A DNA stretch of 62,537 bases, filler included, from Choristocarpus tenellus KU-1152 (GCA_964200185.2; 10 parts of 10 records of this genome joined end to end with filler, not necessarily neighbours in it), one strand, 5' to 3'; shown: positions 39,639 to 53,566, counted from the whole stretch's first letter. The notes: generated by a model from the sequence alone, not told the origin. Numbers and translations: made by a program.

Positions 39639-42600
39639 GTACACTGTAGCAATGGCACGATTGGTACAACTCAAGACGGAGAGAAGAGAGGCATCGGGAA
39701 AGGAGGAAGCACTTTCTGCTCGGTGACATAAAGTTTTTTGTAACCCTGTAGGGGAGAGGGAGGTATAGATTGGTTAACTATCAGGAGGTCTAGTAGAAGT
39801 CAAACAGGTACAGACTATGTCATTTGTTCGATACACAGTGAGCCAACATAAACCAAGATGTACCCTGGTTTTGGCCATTTTGGCACTTTGAGCAACAGTT
39901 TTGATCTTTTTCTATTCACCCTCATTTCTGTGGATGAAGTGCTCAGATTGACTTGAGGCCACGGATTTCATTGTCGTTTGAGAATCTGACTTCTGAAATG
40001 TCCCCTTATGCATTTATTTGAAAGACAAGTCAAACATTGTACATTTTTAACATCCTTACAGTGCAGCCCTGGGTACCTCCTGTTTGCTTTGGCTCATAGG
40101 GGTGTTACATTAAGCTCACAACTCTGTTAGGAAGGCAAGATGCAAGAGTGTTTAGAAAGAGTACTGGAAAAACAGAATACTCTGATGATTTTCTGTGGAC
40201 CGCAAGAGTCAACGTTGAGAACAATATGTACTTGAATGGTCTTTTCCGAGGTCGAAGTAAACGTGCCGGTAATTATTGTTTTGTAAGCATCCATGGACAA
40301 CGGAAAGAGCTCTTCAAGATAGATATCAAAGGTTATCATTTTTGAGTTGCGGTAGAGACTTAAAAAAAAAAAAAAAACACTCTGGTGTACAGCTAAAGAG
40401 CAGTAGGAAGATCAAGGGAAGAGGGCGAGATGGAGAGTGAATTGTTTCGATGAGATCAGGGCGATGGAGGAGGTTGAGATGTTTTACGGCTTAGGTAGCA
40501 AGTAGAGGCAGCCATGTCGCACTATCAGTGAACGTGAACTTGGTTACAGACTTGCCAGCAATAGGGAACCTATTGGTTTGTTGTTGGGTCTGTGAAAGAT
40601 GGTACACACGGTTGACTTGAGATACTCCCGAAGAAAAGTACTTCAAAATTCTCAGTATGTTATAGTTGTGTTTAGTCTATACTACAGGATCAGTAACTGC
40701 TGTAGTTAGCAGGAAGAGGCTAAACGCCAGAAACTAATCAAACCTTAGAGTTGGGAGTGCTGCTGCTATTATTTTTTTTTGTGGGGGGGGGGAGGGAGGA
40801 GGTTGAGGTTGGGGCAGTGACAAGAGCCGACCTTGATGCCTTCTTCATGCTGTCTTGTCATTGGTCTGTGTTTTTTTAAACAAAACGAACTCAGATGCGA
40901 ACCTACCCCAGCAGTACTACGTGCCTATTTGACCTCTCGCCATACACATTATCCTCTCTCTCAGATGAACTATATTATAGTCCACCAGCACACATTCTAT
41001 TGTCTCCGCAACAGCAGCGCACATTGCTAATGAGCTGAAACCTACCTACTTACTTGCAGCCTTGACGTTACACCCCAGTTTTCCCCTCCATCTTCTCGGG
41101 CTGCTGCCCCTCCCATCGCTCTCATCGCCCTATCCTTCTGCTCTGTGTCCCTGGCCAACACATTCACGTCCAACTTGTCAGGCTCACTGACGTGCGACCT
41201 TTTGCCCATTGATGCCCCGGTGCTGCTTGCCATGGGGATCGCATCATATGCCCATGCCCCACCTGGGTGTACCTGCCAGAATGGAGGAGACGATTGCCCT
41301 CTGTGGGGATCTCCGCGATGGACTGAATGCAGCCAAATTGGAGGAGGATAGACTATGCAGAGAATTGTCCAGGGCAAGGTCTGAGGGTGTTGAATTGAAC
41401 AAGCAGCTCAAAGTGGAGAGGAGTAAGGTGCAGTTTGTTGTGTCTGTGTTCACATTCTCATTGGGATCTCGTATCAGTGTGGTTATACTTTTCAGTATAT
41501 CTGTGCCTATTTTTTATGTATGTCTCTCTTCTTCCTCTGCGTGGTTGCGTGGACTAGAGTTGGTGTATCTGTAGACTCTCAATAGAGAGACAAGTGGTTG
41601 CTGCTTTATTTTCAAAGGCATTTCTTGACTTGTCTGTGATGCTCGGCTCAGGGTCTCTCTAAATCACATTTCTTTGAGGAGATATTGCTGCTTGTTCCCC
41701 CCTCACTCCTCTTCGTCCACCTGTTGCATTGATGTGTGTGTAGTGTTCTGTAGATGATGTATGAGAGTGTAGCCTGTAGTCCCTATTCTTACTCCCTGAC
41801 ACTTTCCTCCTCCAGTTTTGCCTGATACAATAGTCTAGTCTTACCAAAGGCTTAGCTCAGTTTCTCATTATTTATTTGCCAGCAACTTCTTGGTTTCACC
41901 TATCTATGCATTAATGCCTTCACTTCATTACCCCCCTCTCCTTTCCTCTCCCCTCTCCAAGTCCTCCATGCTGTCCACTCTCAGAGATCAAAAAGATCGG
42001 CATATCGTGATCCTTGTTAAAGAAAAGAACAGACTCCAAGATCGCATCATCACGATGGAGGCCAGCACCAAAGGTTCCGGAGCAAGTCAACGTTGCATTG
42101 ACTGCAACAGGAGGCTCAACACAACAACTTCAGTGAGCTCTACTAGGTGTGGTGGTAGTGTAGGGTGGGTGGGTGTGGGTGTAGGAAAGAGCAAGGGCAG
42201 GTACTCAGAGAAAGAAGTGAGTGGTCTACCAGTGCATAGGAAGAGCAGTATGGCTACATCCAACCGACTTGCACTGGGTTATCGAAGAGAAGGGGATTCA
42301 TTGAAAGTCACTGTGCCTCATGGTCACCCCAGGACTAGAGCAAGAACTGATACAAAAGCCACTGAGAATACTGTGGGCTGGCGATTGAGGGGCGGTAATC
42401 CCAGCAGGGGAGTGAGTGGAAACTTGGGTGGCCACCCCATCAATGGCGAGGACCATGACCGAAATGCCTGGGATGATGACCCTAGGAGTGCCGTTCTTAC
42501 ATCAGAATTCAAGGTGGCTGGGGATTCGACCAAGGATGGCGATGTAGGGCTAGAGGAGGAAGAGGATCAAAGTGAGGGTGCAAGTTTTGAGGATGTCAGC

Positions 42601-43011
42601 AGGGAGAACACTCGAGGTAAGGATGGGGTTGACACAGAAGGTTGTGGTGAGGGCAGTAGTCTTGGCAAGCTTTTTGTTGGAAACTACCTGAGACAGAGCA
42701 GGAGGGAGGGCAGGCTCGTGCCACCAGACGGAAGCTCAGCAGCTGCTGGGACACTACCGCAGCGAAGCGAGGCATCAGGAGCAAACCGCCTCGCTCTTTC
42801 TATTATACGTAAGCTCAAAGCAGAGCTAGAGGATGCTGGACACAGCAGAGAGGCCCTTGAGGCGGAGCTTAGGGTGGCCAAGGTGGGTTTGGTTGCTGCG
42901 AGGAAAGCCAAAAGGAGTACCCCACCCTCAGGGACCAATGGTCAGAGGGCATTTGATGGGAACAAGAAGGAGAGAGGTCAACTGGGTGTTCATGTTGTGC
43001 AATGCTGGTGA
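39639..43011 (+). CDS. Partial coiled-coil protein gene; exons ~39639-39722, 41280-41427, 41962 to ~43011
   Basis: AG/GT boundaries with consistent phases join MARLVQLKTERREASGKEEALSAR|MEETIALCGDLRDGLNAAKLEEDRLCRELS...VERSK|SSMLSTLRDQKD. Heptad-like charged helices. Identity unknown. Confidence 0.65.
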
Positions 43012-45829
43012 CCCTGGGCACCTGTAAAAAGTCACATGCAAACATGCAGCTTCCTAAGGCTTGAGGTATAATACACATCTATTCCTTAATGCAAGATTCA
43101 GCACAAATAGTGTATTCCGATGTATGATGTCTGTACTATATTAGGAGTATGATTGTACATCGCTGTAAGTTGTGCATAGTAGAGGAAGGCCTGGTACATT
43201 GTGTATTGTGATGGGGGGTTTCGCTGCAATCTCTGGTGGGTTCTGTCATCTGGAATAGGGACTAATTTCAACTAGCACCTTCAGAGCGCTGGACCATGGA
43301 GTTCTCCCTACAGAAGCACCTAGTCTACACTTGAATGTGTGCACCCTGGTCACAGTACCAAATCAAGGCAACAGGTAAGGTAGAGATTGTGAAACAATAC
43401 ATTCAAGACGTGCACACATTCAAATTGCTTTCCTGTCATGGATGATCCCAGTTGATATGGAACCAGTACCATTTTCACCTCTCACTTCCTATATTTTGAT
43501 TGCATGTGCTTTGGGTTTGACGAGAGCATAGGTTGCACAGTGGTAAATCGCTAGTGCTCGAAAATGTATACAATAAGACATGTCATTACTGTCGTGCCAA
43601 TACAGCATCATCACTTAAGGCCAGGTCATCCTTGAGGTATGTACATTGCCAACGACCTCGTCTCTTCCCATAACTCAAGGGGGCAACACAGCAGACCAAC
43701 AAAATGGAATTGTCCTGCACTTTGGAGCTGCAGTATTAGTACCACACTTGAACTCTTGGTAATATACCGTACCCGCTATCAGTACTATTAAGGTGGGGCT
43801 ACTTCCTAAGCCCCCTCCCACAATGATAACAAGACCACCTCCCAATCCACTCTTTTTTTTTTTCAAGACTTTTCCTACATTAGTGAGTCACAGTGGGAAG
43901 CAAACGCCATGTGCAAACAAGACACACCTTAAGAATGTACTCATAAAACATACTTCCGTGCGAAAAAAAAAAGCAATAATTATGGTATAGTACAAATTTG
44001 TGAAAGAAAGAACCAGCAAGTGGAGAAAAAAATTCAACAAACACTTCCTTGCAGCCACATGCTCTCTATCAACCCTAACCCTGTCTTTTCAAATCCAACA
44101 CAAAGAACACCACGCCAGAACAACACGTCCTACACCAGGCACGTCTTCTCCTGTGTTGTGTGGCTGGGTAAATTTTACATCTCATATTTAGTCCTGAGGC
44201 CTCCCCTGCACTTCAGGTAGGCTACAGCGCATCACCACAGTACCCTCTCGGTCAAGAAGTTGATCAAGCGAAACTGAATGGATGAATGAATCAGTTCCAT
44301 TCCACACTCTTCTATTCCTGCCCTAAAGAACCCTGTCCAGACCGAGCCCCCTCCCCCTCCCCCCACACACGAAATGCCAACGGCCTGAGGTTGGTTGCGT
44401 TCACATATGTGTAACACTCTCCTGGTCTCGACCTTGAACCTCTCAGGAAATCCCATCACCCCAAGAGAGAAGTATGCAACCAATAGATAAGATACACATT
44501 AACTGGCATATATAAGACATCACACATAAAACACTTAAGAACAAAGATCCACCTATGTAACAAGTAACTTCTCAAACAGAACAAGTCTAAGCTATCATGC
44601 CATTCAACCTACACCAACTCAATTAGTCTCCCCTGTTGCAAGCCCTCGTATAATAGGCCCTAGACTTGATCCTTCGTGACTTACAAGCACCCCCCCCCCC
44701 CCCCCCCCTCCCCCGGGGCCTCCCCCCCCAACACCCAACACCCCCCCCCCAACAACCACCCTCACCCAATAAAAATGGTTCCCCACCCCAACCCNNNNNN
44801 NNNNNNNNNNNNNNNNNNNNNNNNNNNNNNNNNNNNNNTTAATTAATTAANNNNNNNNNNNNNNNNNNNNNNNNNNNNNNNNNNNNNNNNNNNNCCCCCC
44901 CCGTCCACCTAATTGGAATGGTGGTGCACCCATTGTATGAAATGCTACGTTTGTTTTGTTCATTTTAAAAAATCTGTATCATTTGTGCCAGCTCTAAATC
45001 AAGGCAGAGAGCGTTGTGTGCTTGACATTTTTTTGTTCAGTTGTATTAGAGTATGTACGTACACCTATTTTAGTGTGCGGAGTCAGTTTTTTAGAATCCC
45101 CCCCTCCCCCCCCTGCACCCCACATTTGTACTGCTGGAAATTTGGAAATATTAAGATGTATTAAGGTGTAGCAGGAGAGAGGTCCCTTGTTACCAGGGAG
45201 GGGAGGGCCTTTTCAAAAAATGTATAACGCAAGGTTGGCTCATTAAAAAAAAAAAATGGCAACAGATTTTAAGAATTGTGCTGTGCTTCAGATGTTGGGG
45301 ATCAGCTTTTGATTTGCATCCATCCTATCGTTTTGATTGGATTGGATTGGATTGGCTCGCCTCGACTTTGGTTTGGCAAACGTTTTATTTATTTTATTAT
45401 TATTATTATTATTACTATTATTATTTTGGGGGGGGAGGGGATCTCTGATCAATCTCCATGTGTACTGTCACAATGCATATCGCAAATCCTTTGAAGCCAC
45501 ATACGCATGTATGTATGTACATGTATACATCCTATGTATCTGATGCATGTATGTTACATATTTGTTAGGTATGTATATATGTATATATATATGTATGTGT
45601 GCGTAAATGTTCATGTAGCTCCCCAAAGAATATACTTTAGTTCCCAGTACAAGTCTGGCGAGTTCTTGTTATGGGATTGAATCGGTAATGTCCAGTCTTG
45701 TCGGAATCAGGTGGTCGGATCGAAGAAACGCCCCTTGAAACAACTCTGTGTTGAACCGACGCCTGTACAGAAACGAAACCTGTTTGAAGGACCCACGCGG
45801 GTAACTGACTTGCAGTCTTTTGTTCGTAT

Positions 45830-46055
45830 CCCTAACCCTAACCCTTACCCCAATGCAAGGCGCGATGGAAATATTGTGTGAGCCACGTTCGGAGGAGATA
45901 TACAATAGTACACACACACACCCATGTATATATAAAACCCTAACCCTAACACATTTTTTTTTTCGTGATTGATATCACTATCCCTAATAACAAGTGCCGA
46001 TAAGTGCATCCGTTTGTAAGATAGATGTAGGTCCTTGAGTATTCATACATAGCAC

Positions 46056-46097
<42 letters not shown>

Positions 46098-47205
46098 GAG
46101 TAGTAATAGTGGTAATAGTGGTAGTGGTAGTCGTTGTTATAGTCAATTACACTGAGTTTGAAAGACACCACCTTCCTTCTATTTCTTCTTTTTTTGATGT
46201 CGGTGTTCTGCTGCAAAGGCTGCTCTCGTCTCCGTTGTTCATCTCAGAACATTTGTTCCCATTGCTCTGCCCTGCCTGTGATGCTAAGTGCCATTGCCAG
46301 CTCAGCTTGGTGTGTCCTGCGTAGAAACCCTAACCTTAACCCTAACCTTAACCCTAACCCTGGTGTCTCCTCTCTCTCTAACAGTGCCCCTGGTACACCG
46401 TAACCCTAAACCTAAACCTAGTGCTAAGCACGGCATTGAGAAGAGTCTCTTCTTGTCTTGATATTCATTCCCTTGCTTGCTTACCCCCCCCCCCCCAACA
46501 CTTCCCCCCAAGAAAACTTAACCTAACCTCAACCCTGAACTTAACCCTATTACCATGGACAGTAACCGTAACAGTAACGCAACGCCTTCCTATTCCTGGT
46601 CATGAAAAGAGGAATTGTTACCCTTTTAACTGTCCCTCTACTCCCGAGCATAGCCAAATCGCCCTTCTTCGCCTGTAGGTGTAATACAAACTCTTATCTC
46701 GCACTATTTAAAGGGTAACCCTAACCCTGACCCTAACCCTAACCCTAACCCAAACCCAAACCCAAACAATGGCTGTTTTTATATGTAGTAATGTGCAACC
46801 TTCCCCCCCCCTTGGAGATGAAGAAACCCTAACCCTATCAACAGCTGTTATTAAGTAGTAATAACATTAAGTCGGTCTCTTTCCTGTGAAGATTCCACCT
46901 CTAACCCTAACCCCGGCAACAGCTTACGTTACGCAGTTTTTCATTATTCTGTGAATTTTTCCTGGATATTCTAACCCTAACTCTAACCCTAACCCTACCC
47001 CTAGAATAGCAATGATAAAGCCTCTTTTCCCTGAAGATTCTAACCCTAACCCTTACCCTAGCTACAGCTATTTGTAGCAATAGGAACAGCGAAACGCCAC
47101 CGTGTCCTGGAGGTTACCGCCCTTACCCTAGCAACACACCCACATCAATAATAAGTACAACATGGGGCTCTTTTCCCCACTTAAGAAAATTCTAACCCTA
47201 ACCCT
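45830..47205. repeat. Dispersed interstitial telomere-like (CCCTAA)n tracts
   Basis: More than ten short clusters, e.g. ~45830, 45937, 46326, 46400, 46520, 46716, 46825, 46900, 46970, 47040, 47190, all on the same strand. Confidence 0.85.
46057..46140. repeat. (GTA)n microsatellite
   Basis: Direct inspection. Confidence 0.9.
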
Positions 47206-47224
47206 GTATCCGCACACACACAAG

Positions 47225-47356
47225 CCTCTTCGACTGGAGATAAAAAAGAAACTGTCGTCCCGATCGGATCGTGTCAAGTCCGTGGACATTCATCCCGTGG
47301 AGCCGTGGGTACTCTCTGCCCTGTACAATGGACATGTCTTTATATGGGACTACGAG
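47225..47356 (+). CDS. COPB2: Coatomer beta-prime subunit, N-terminal WD40 exon (rest of gene outside this contig)
   Basis: [44 protein letters not shown] matches the conserved beta'-COP/Sec27 N-terminus. AAG acceptor and GTGA donor; 132 nt. Confidence 0.93.
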
Positions 47357-47377
47357 GTGATCCTTACGTCAATATAG

Positions 47378-47870
47378 TATGTATATGTGTATGTATTCGT
47401 GAATGTGTGTGTGTATGTGTATGTGTATGTATGTATGTATGTATGTATGTATTCGTGAATGTGTGTGTGTATGTGTGTGTATGTGTGTATGTATGTGTAT
47501 GTATATGTATTTATGTGTGTGTACGTGTATGCATGTATTATGTGTATGTATTTATGTATTTATTATGTGTATGTACATGTATATGCATATATTATGTATG
47601 TGTATGTATGTGCATGTATGTGCATGTACAGTCTTGTATTTTTAATAGGTGAATGACATGGATTTAGGGATCTTGCAAGTGCACATTATTATTTTATGAT
47701 TTTGGACTGTTTTAGAAATGCTCAAGTGTTTTTTACTTCGAATCTACTTCTTGGTGAAGATGGTTACAAATATTTATGGGTAATTATGTATGTATATTGC
47801 ATGTATAATCATCTATGTATGTAGATGCACGTATTATGTGTATGTATGTATGTATGTATGTATGTATTTT
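47378..47870. repeat. Intronic (TG/TA/TATG)n low-complexity tract
   Basis: Direct inspection. Confidence 0.9.
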
Positions 47871-48163
47871 TGTGCTTTGTTCGAAGTAGAAGAGCTGAAA
47901 TGTTTTTCACACGCATGCGTGTACTTTCTTATTTTTTGTTAAATGTTTTTATTTTGACATAAATACATACATATGTGTGTATGTATGTTACATGCGTACG
48001 GATTATATAGTGTGTCCATATGCTTGTTCTGTCAAAAGTCATTTCCTTAGTCATACTGTGCTGCTGACTAACCCCATAATATACTCCAAAGCTGCTCCTC
48101 CCTAACACTTGTCATGACCAGGCCCGAATGATCTCTTCCTCAACTTACACCATGCTTCCTCCA

Positions 48164-48205
<42 letters not shown>

Positions 48206-48779
48206 CTTTCTTTTTTTTTTTTTNNNNNNNNNNNNNNNNNNNNNNNNNNNNNNNNNNNNNNNNNNNNTTAATTAATTAANNNNNNNNNNNNNNNNNNNNN
48301 NNNNNNNNNNNNNNNNNNNNNNNATATAAAAAGGAAGAACAGAGATGGCAACATCAACAAAATAGAAAGGGGAACACAAGGTAACAGTGGAACGCACTTC
48401 ATACAAGTTCCGAAGTAACTTGGATGACGAGTGCTATGATATTCCTGTGTGTGATGTGGATCAACTGAATATCAACTGATTCTATGCTTCTATCTACTGT
48501 CATTGATGTGATGATGAGTTGGAATGCGCAATAAATAAATGAACACTAATAACCAGTGCATTGCACCAATCAACAGTCAGTATAAGTTGGTAGATGTGTA
48601 TCATATCAACAAGGAACAAATGAGTAGCCTATGTTTTAACGCATTGAACTTGAGGTGTAAGTGGAGGAAAAGGCAACCAGAGAAAAACAATAGTCAAAAT
48701 ATGAGACAGAACTTATGGTTCTGATGTGATGATCAAAAAGGGAAAATTTATGAAGTAATCTGAGTTTTGTGGGCGGAAG

Positions 48780-51700
48780 AATTCTGGTTGGAGGGGGGGG
48801 GGCACAGGGGAAGGGAGAGGACTGGGAGAAAAATAAGAATTAGCAAGAGGGGAACGAAGAGTTAAGGACTGAGTGGCTAGGAGAGAGAGGAGAGAAGTTA
48901 AAGAAACGAGTGGTAGATGGAGGCACAGGGGGAGAAGGAATGACCAGTATTGAAAAGAGTACCTAGGACTGGGGGTACAGTACGAGGAGAGCTAGGACAG
49001 AACAACCTCCGAGCAAGCTTTCATGATTATAGCATGGACAAAAGAGGAGAGAGAGCGAAGGAAGACAACGAGACAATGTGGGAAGAAGAATTCATAAGAA
49101 GGAAAGGAAAGGAAAGGGGTGAAGAGGCAAGAGAATCGATTGGAGGATGGAGGGAAGAAAAAGGGTGGAAGGAAGGCGAAGAAGAGATGGAAGCACTAGC
49201 GACTCAGAGAATGCAGAGAGAGATTGAGCAAGCCCAGAGAGAGATGGGCATTAGTGTGGAAAGTGAGGGGGAGAAGAATGGAGATGGGGAGGAGGAGGGA
49301 GGAGGAGGGAGGAGGAACAAAGGAAGAAAGTGAGTCTAGCCGATTCCAAGAACTGACGATACACGAAGCTAATTTAACGGAAACGATGGATAACATGATG
49401 GAAATCTTGACAGGGATACACCAAACAGGTACTACAGGAGGAGTGGAGGTAAGCAGAGGGATGGAGGAGTAGGGATGGGATGTCGAGTGCGATGGCGAGG
49501 GTGTACAACCCTTGCTATGCCTTCAGAGCAGGGAAGGAGAATTCCTAAAGAAACATAGCTTCTGCAAAATTGACCATTTCCTGGAAGGGGAGGAACAAAA
49601 CGTGAAGGGAGACAAGACCAAAGTTGACCCTATCAAGAAAGATCCCTGAGGATACGGGCACATTGTCGGGGGGGATGGGCCGGCAAGGTGGGACCAGTGG
49701 ACGTCAGTGCTACCACAAAACGTGCACTGGACGTCAGGGACACCAAGCCCAGGGTCATTACGCCGGATGATAGAAAGTAAAGGGGGAGGGGAAGGTGGAG
49801 TGAGAAGATTGAAGGGTTGGGTTGGGGGTATGGGAGAATTTGAAACGAGAGGAGAAATTTGAGTTGTCATTGAGGGGGCTGAATGACCTAGCAGATAGAG
49901 GGGGGGGTGTTACTTGAGGAGTGTGGGGGAAACTAGGGGAAATTGGTGGACAAGCATGGTAAGAGGTGGAGTCCGGAACGTTTAAATTAGGAAAGGGTTG
50001 AAGGTCCTTTTGGAAAGAAGGTAGGATTCCCACAGATAGAGAGACTCCAACAGGTGGTGGAAAGGGGGATACCGGTATGCCTAGAAGGGAAGAGTAGAGT
50101 TAGGGGAGGCTAGAATATGGAAACCATAGGAGTGCAAAAAGTCATAGTAAAGCATTACTAGAAAAGATAGTGGGGGATGTGATCCAGGGTAGAGCACTAG
50201 TGTTTCTAAAAAGGGCATGGGGAAAGATTCCGGGTTTGCAAGTGTCCCCAGTTGGAGTAATCCAGGAACCAATGAAAGTCAAGGATCGTTCACGATTTGT
50301 CATGTCAGCAATAGGATTGGGGTCCGAGTGTGAATGAAGAAACAGAGTTAAAGGATGCCCCCCCTGTGCATTGTGGGACTGTTCTAGAAGATGTGATTAA
50401 GAGGATTGTAGGATTACGGAAGAAGTTCCCCAAGGCGAGAATCATGATCAGTAAGATGGATGTTAAGGATGCTTTCGTCAAGTACCAGTGGAACTGACGG
50501 GGGCAGCGAAGTTTGCGTATTGTGTTGAAGATTAGATAGTGATGGACTTTAGGCTCTGATTTGGATGGAAGAATAGCCCGGGATGGTGGGACCTAATGGC
50601 AAGTGCTTTAGAATTTTCCAACTGTCACACAGACCCCCAATCGGCAGTAGTACTCAAGGAAGCAGAAGAAATTGCGGTAGGGGTAAGGCATTCTCAGCAG
50701 AAGGGTAGGAGGGAGGTTAGTGCTGTTGATGAGATATGGAAAGTTCCTGAAGTAGTAGGAGGGGGGGGGGTAGAGGACCCTTTTTTGCAAGAATGTATGT
50801 CGATGGTAGTATTCTGGTAGAGCCCCAATGGTTTGAGGATGGGAGAAGATTGAAGTTGGCAACAAACGCCTTAGTTTCAGATCACATGCGATTGCTAGGG
50901 AAGAGACAGGCAGAGGAACCTCCCTATCTTGTTTGCAAAGAAGCTGACAGGATGGCATACCACATAGGTAGTAGTAGGATGGAGGATGGACACTGAGACA
51001 ATGACAATTGCTTTACCAGACGGAAAGTTAAAGGGGTTAAAGGTATTGCTAGCAGAGTGGCCAGAATCGAGGTCAATAGCCAGAGTGAGAGATGTACGGG
51101 TGCTGCTAGGAAGATTGTTTTTCATATCGTATGTTACACGCCCAGGGAGATTTTTTTCTCTGGGGGTTGGTGTATCTGGTGGAGCTATAGCACAAGGGGG
51201 GTTGGTTGAGAAGAGTAGCGAATTTGGGGGGTCAGAGAGAACAGAGGGAGTGAGAGAGGGAAGGAAAAAGATTGATAAGGTTAGGTAAGGAGTTTAGGAG
51301 AGACTTGTATTGGTGGGGGTGGGTGGTAGAACGAGGTTTGGCAAAGAAAGGGGAAAACCTGAGTTCCCACTTTATGGGTTTTGTGGTAGGATCACCAGAG
51401 ACGACATGATATTCTGACGAGTGTTTTTCAGCAGTAGCCATCTACTCAGAAGTGTTATGAGAGAGCTTGGGAGCAGTGGTCTGAGTTCCGTACATACCGA
51501 GGATTGAGTAGGTGGTTAGATCCCAGAAGTCGAGAAATAGACGTAGTTAAGGCTCAAGCGGAGTTCATGAGTTTTGTTGTGGGAGTATGGGAAACCAACT
51601 AGGTACAATTAAGGGTAAGATTTCAGCAATCCATCCACCAGTATTACCACAAATAATTTCTGAACTTCCAAGTTCCCACGCAACAAACACCTCATGATTC

Positions 51701-53055
51701 ACTTAGTGCTGAAGGGGATGAGGAGGAGCCCCACAAAAATAGGCAGCCAGCCTAAGAAGAGGAGACCCCTGACATGAGAATAATTGTAGAAACAAAGCGT
51801 GTTATCGAAATGCCAGGAAGGGAGGGTGAATTGACAAAAGCCTAGGATTGTTTTCTCATTTTCTTCCTAGTAAGAGTATCGGAGTTGTGGGCTTATGATG
51901 AATGGGGGGGGAGTACATGGAGATTTTGCAGTAAGGAGGGATGTGGTGTGGAGGAGGGGAGTGAAGATATTGAAGTGGGAGGATAGACACCACGCAGAAA
52001 ATGTTGAGGTAACGTTTACTGGGTCAGAAGGGGACCAGGGTAGGAAGGGGGCAGTGTTGACAAGGTTTAAAGTGGGAGAAGGAAGAGGGCAAGATAGTAT
52101 GGGAGGTTTTGAGGTGGTATTAGCAATTACGGAATGTTTCCCTGAACTTCCCCCTGATGCTCCACTGATGACATTTAGGGAAGGAAGGAGGTGGAGGGTG
52201 ATTACGAGGGGCCAAACAACATGTGTCCTGAGAAGAATGGTAAAGGAACTCAAGTTGATACCAGAGGAGTATGCTTTGCATTCGGGTAGGATAGAGGGAG
52301 TCACGAGATTAGCAACCATGGGGGTATCAGAGCTAGTAACAAAGAGGGAGGGGAGATGGAAGTCGGGGGCATTCGTGGTATACGTCAAGGCCAACCAGAG
52401 GGACCCAGTGTGGGTTTCGAAGGGCCTGACAGAGAGTAGGAAGGACTGGGTTCAACCAGGACAGGAAATAAAGGAGTGAACTAGAAGAGAAATCAACCCC
52501 GAAGGGGAGGGGGGGTCAAGTTTGGGCAGGGTAGATGTCTTCTAGCTCAAAGGCACAGTGTTATTGGATGAGTGTGGAGTGGTGTTAAGTGGTGTGGTGG
52601 AGTGTTAAGTGGTGTGGGGTTGAGTGGGGTTGAATGGTGTGGTGGAATGGTAACTGGTGTGGGGTCGAGTGGAGTGGTAATTGGTGTGGGATTGAGGGGG
52701 GTGGTAACTTGTGTGGGTTTGAGTTGGGTTAAAGGGTGGGGGGGGTGACTGGAAATCAGTGGCGAAGGGGTTTCGCCATGGTTGGTAATCAGATATGGGG
52801 AGTGACTGGAAATCAGTGACGAAGGGGGTTCGCACTGGTTGGTCATCAGGTGTGGGCGGTAGCTGGAATTGGTGGTGAAAGGGGTTCACATTGGTTGGCC
52901 ACCGCAAAGGGGGGGGGGGGGACGGGAAATCCGTGGCGAAGAGGTCGCACTGGGTGGTCAGAAGTGGGAGTACAATGGGGAGGGAAGGGGGAATGGGTGG
53001 ATTGTAAACAGAGAAGAAAAATAATAATAATCCAGAATTCGTGAGCAAAATAAAA
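48780..53055 (+). mobile_element. Decayed DIRS/Ngaro-type tyrosine-recombinase retrotransposon
   Basis: RT motifs IMISKMDVKDAF, DFRL*FGWKNSPGWW and MYVDG; TMTIALPDGK. Recombinase ORF 51895-52479 with YALHSGRIEGVTRLATMG...GRWKSGAFVVYV. Charged ORF1-like region 48950-49470; terminal repeat 52745-53050. Confidence 0.9.
51895..52479 (+). pseudogene. Tyrosine recombinase domain of the DIRS/Ngaro element
   Basis: HSxR, GRW and catalytic Tyr (VVYV) motifs; 5' part interrupted. Confidence 0.88.
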
Positions 53056-53134
53056 CAAAACAAACTTGAATCAACATCTGGGACAGCTCATATTGGAACA
53101 TACTATGTATGTTTGGTAGATCTCAAATATCCCA

Positions 53135-53398
53135 TACAGTAGGTACCCTTATTTTGGGCCAAATATTATGAACCAAATCGAAAATATGCAATTTGTACCG
53201 CTTTTTTCGACATGCTAAAAAAATAGGCTTTTGTACCGGAATTCTCGTATTCGAGCGATTTGGCACAAAATCGGGGAGATATTCACGCGAGTTTTGCGCG
53301 CACGTAAAAATATCTCGCGAAAAGTGCCTTTCTTTCGGAGTCATGCTACCATACAGCAGTACAGTATGTTGCTGGTAGGGGAATAAAGTGGAAGCCAT
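53135..53398. mobile_element. Left end of a Tc1/mariner-type element (TA|CAGTAGGTACCC)
   Basis: Inverted match to the ends at 52-66 and 29861-29875; shares a TGTACCGCTTTTTTCG box. Confidence 0.55.
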
Positions 53399-53522
53399 NN
53401 NNNNNNNNNNNNNNNNNNNNNNNNNNNNNNNNNNNNNNNNNNTTAATTAATTAANNNNNNNNNNNNNNNNNNNNNNNNNNNNNNNNNNNNNNNNNNNNGG
53501 GGGGGGGGGGGGGGGGGTGGGT

Positions 53523-53566
<44 letters not shown>

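Noticed and set aside
45830-47205. True chromosome end
   Set aside because: Tracts are short, interspersed with unique sequence and adjacent to a housekeeping gene.
47305-47656. Cys/Val/Tyr/Met-rich ORFs
   Set aside because: Translations of a TG/TA microsatellite in the COPB2 intron.
52745-52965. Repeat-spacer array
   Set aside because: The intervening parts are homologous to each other; it is a retroelement terminal repeat.
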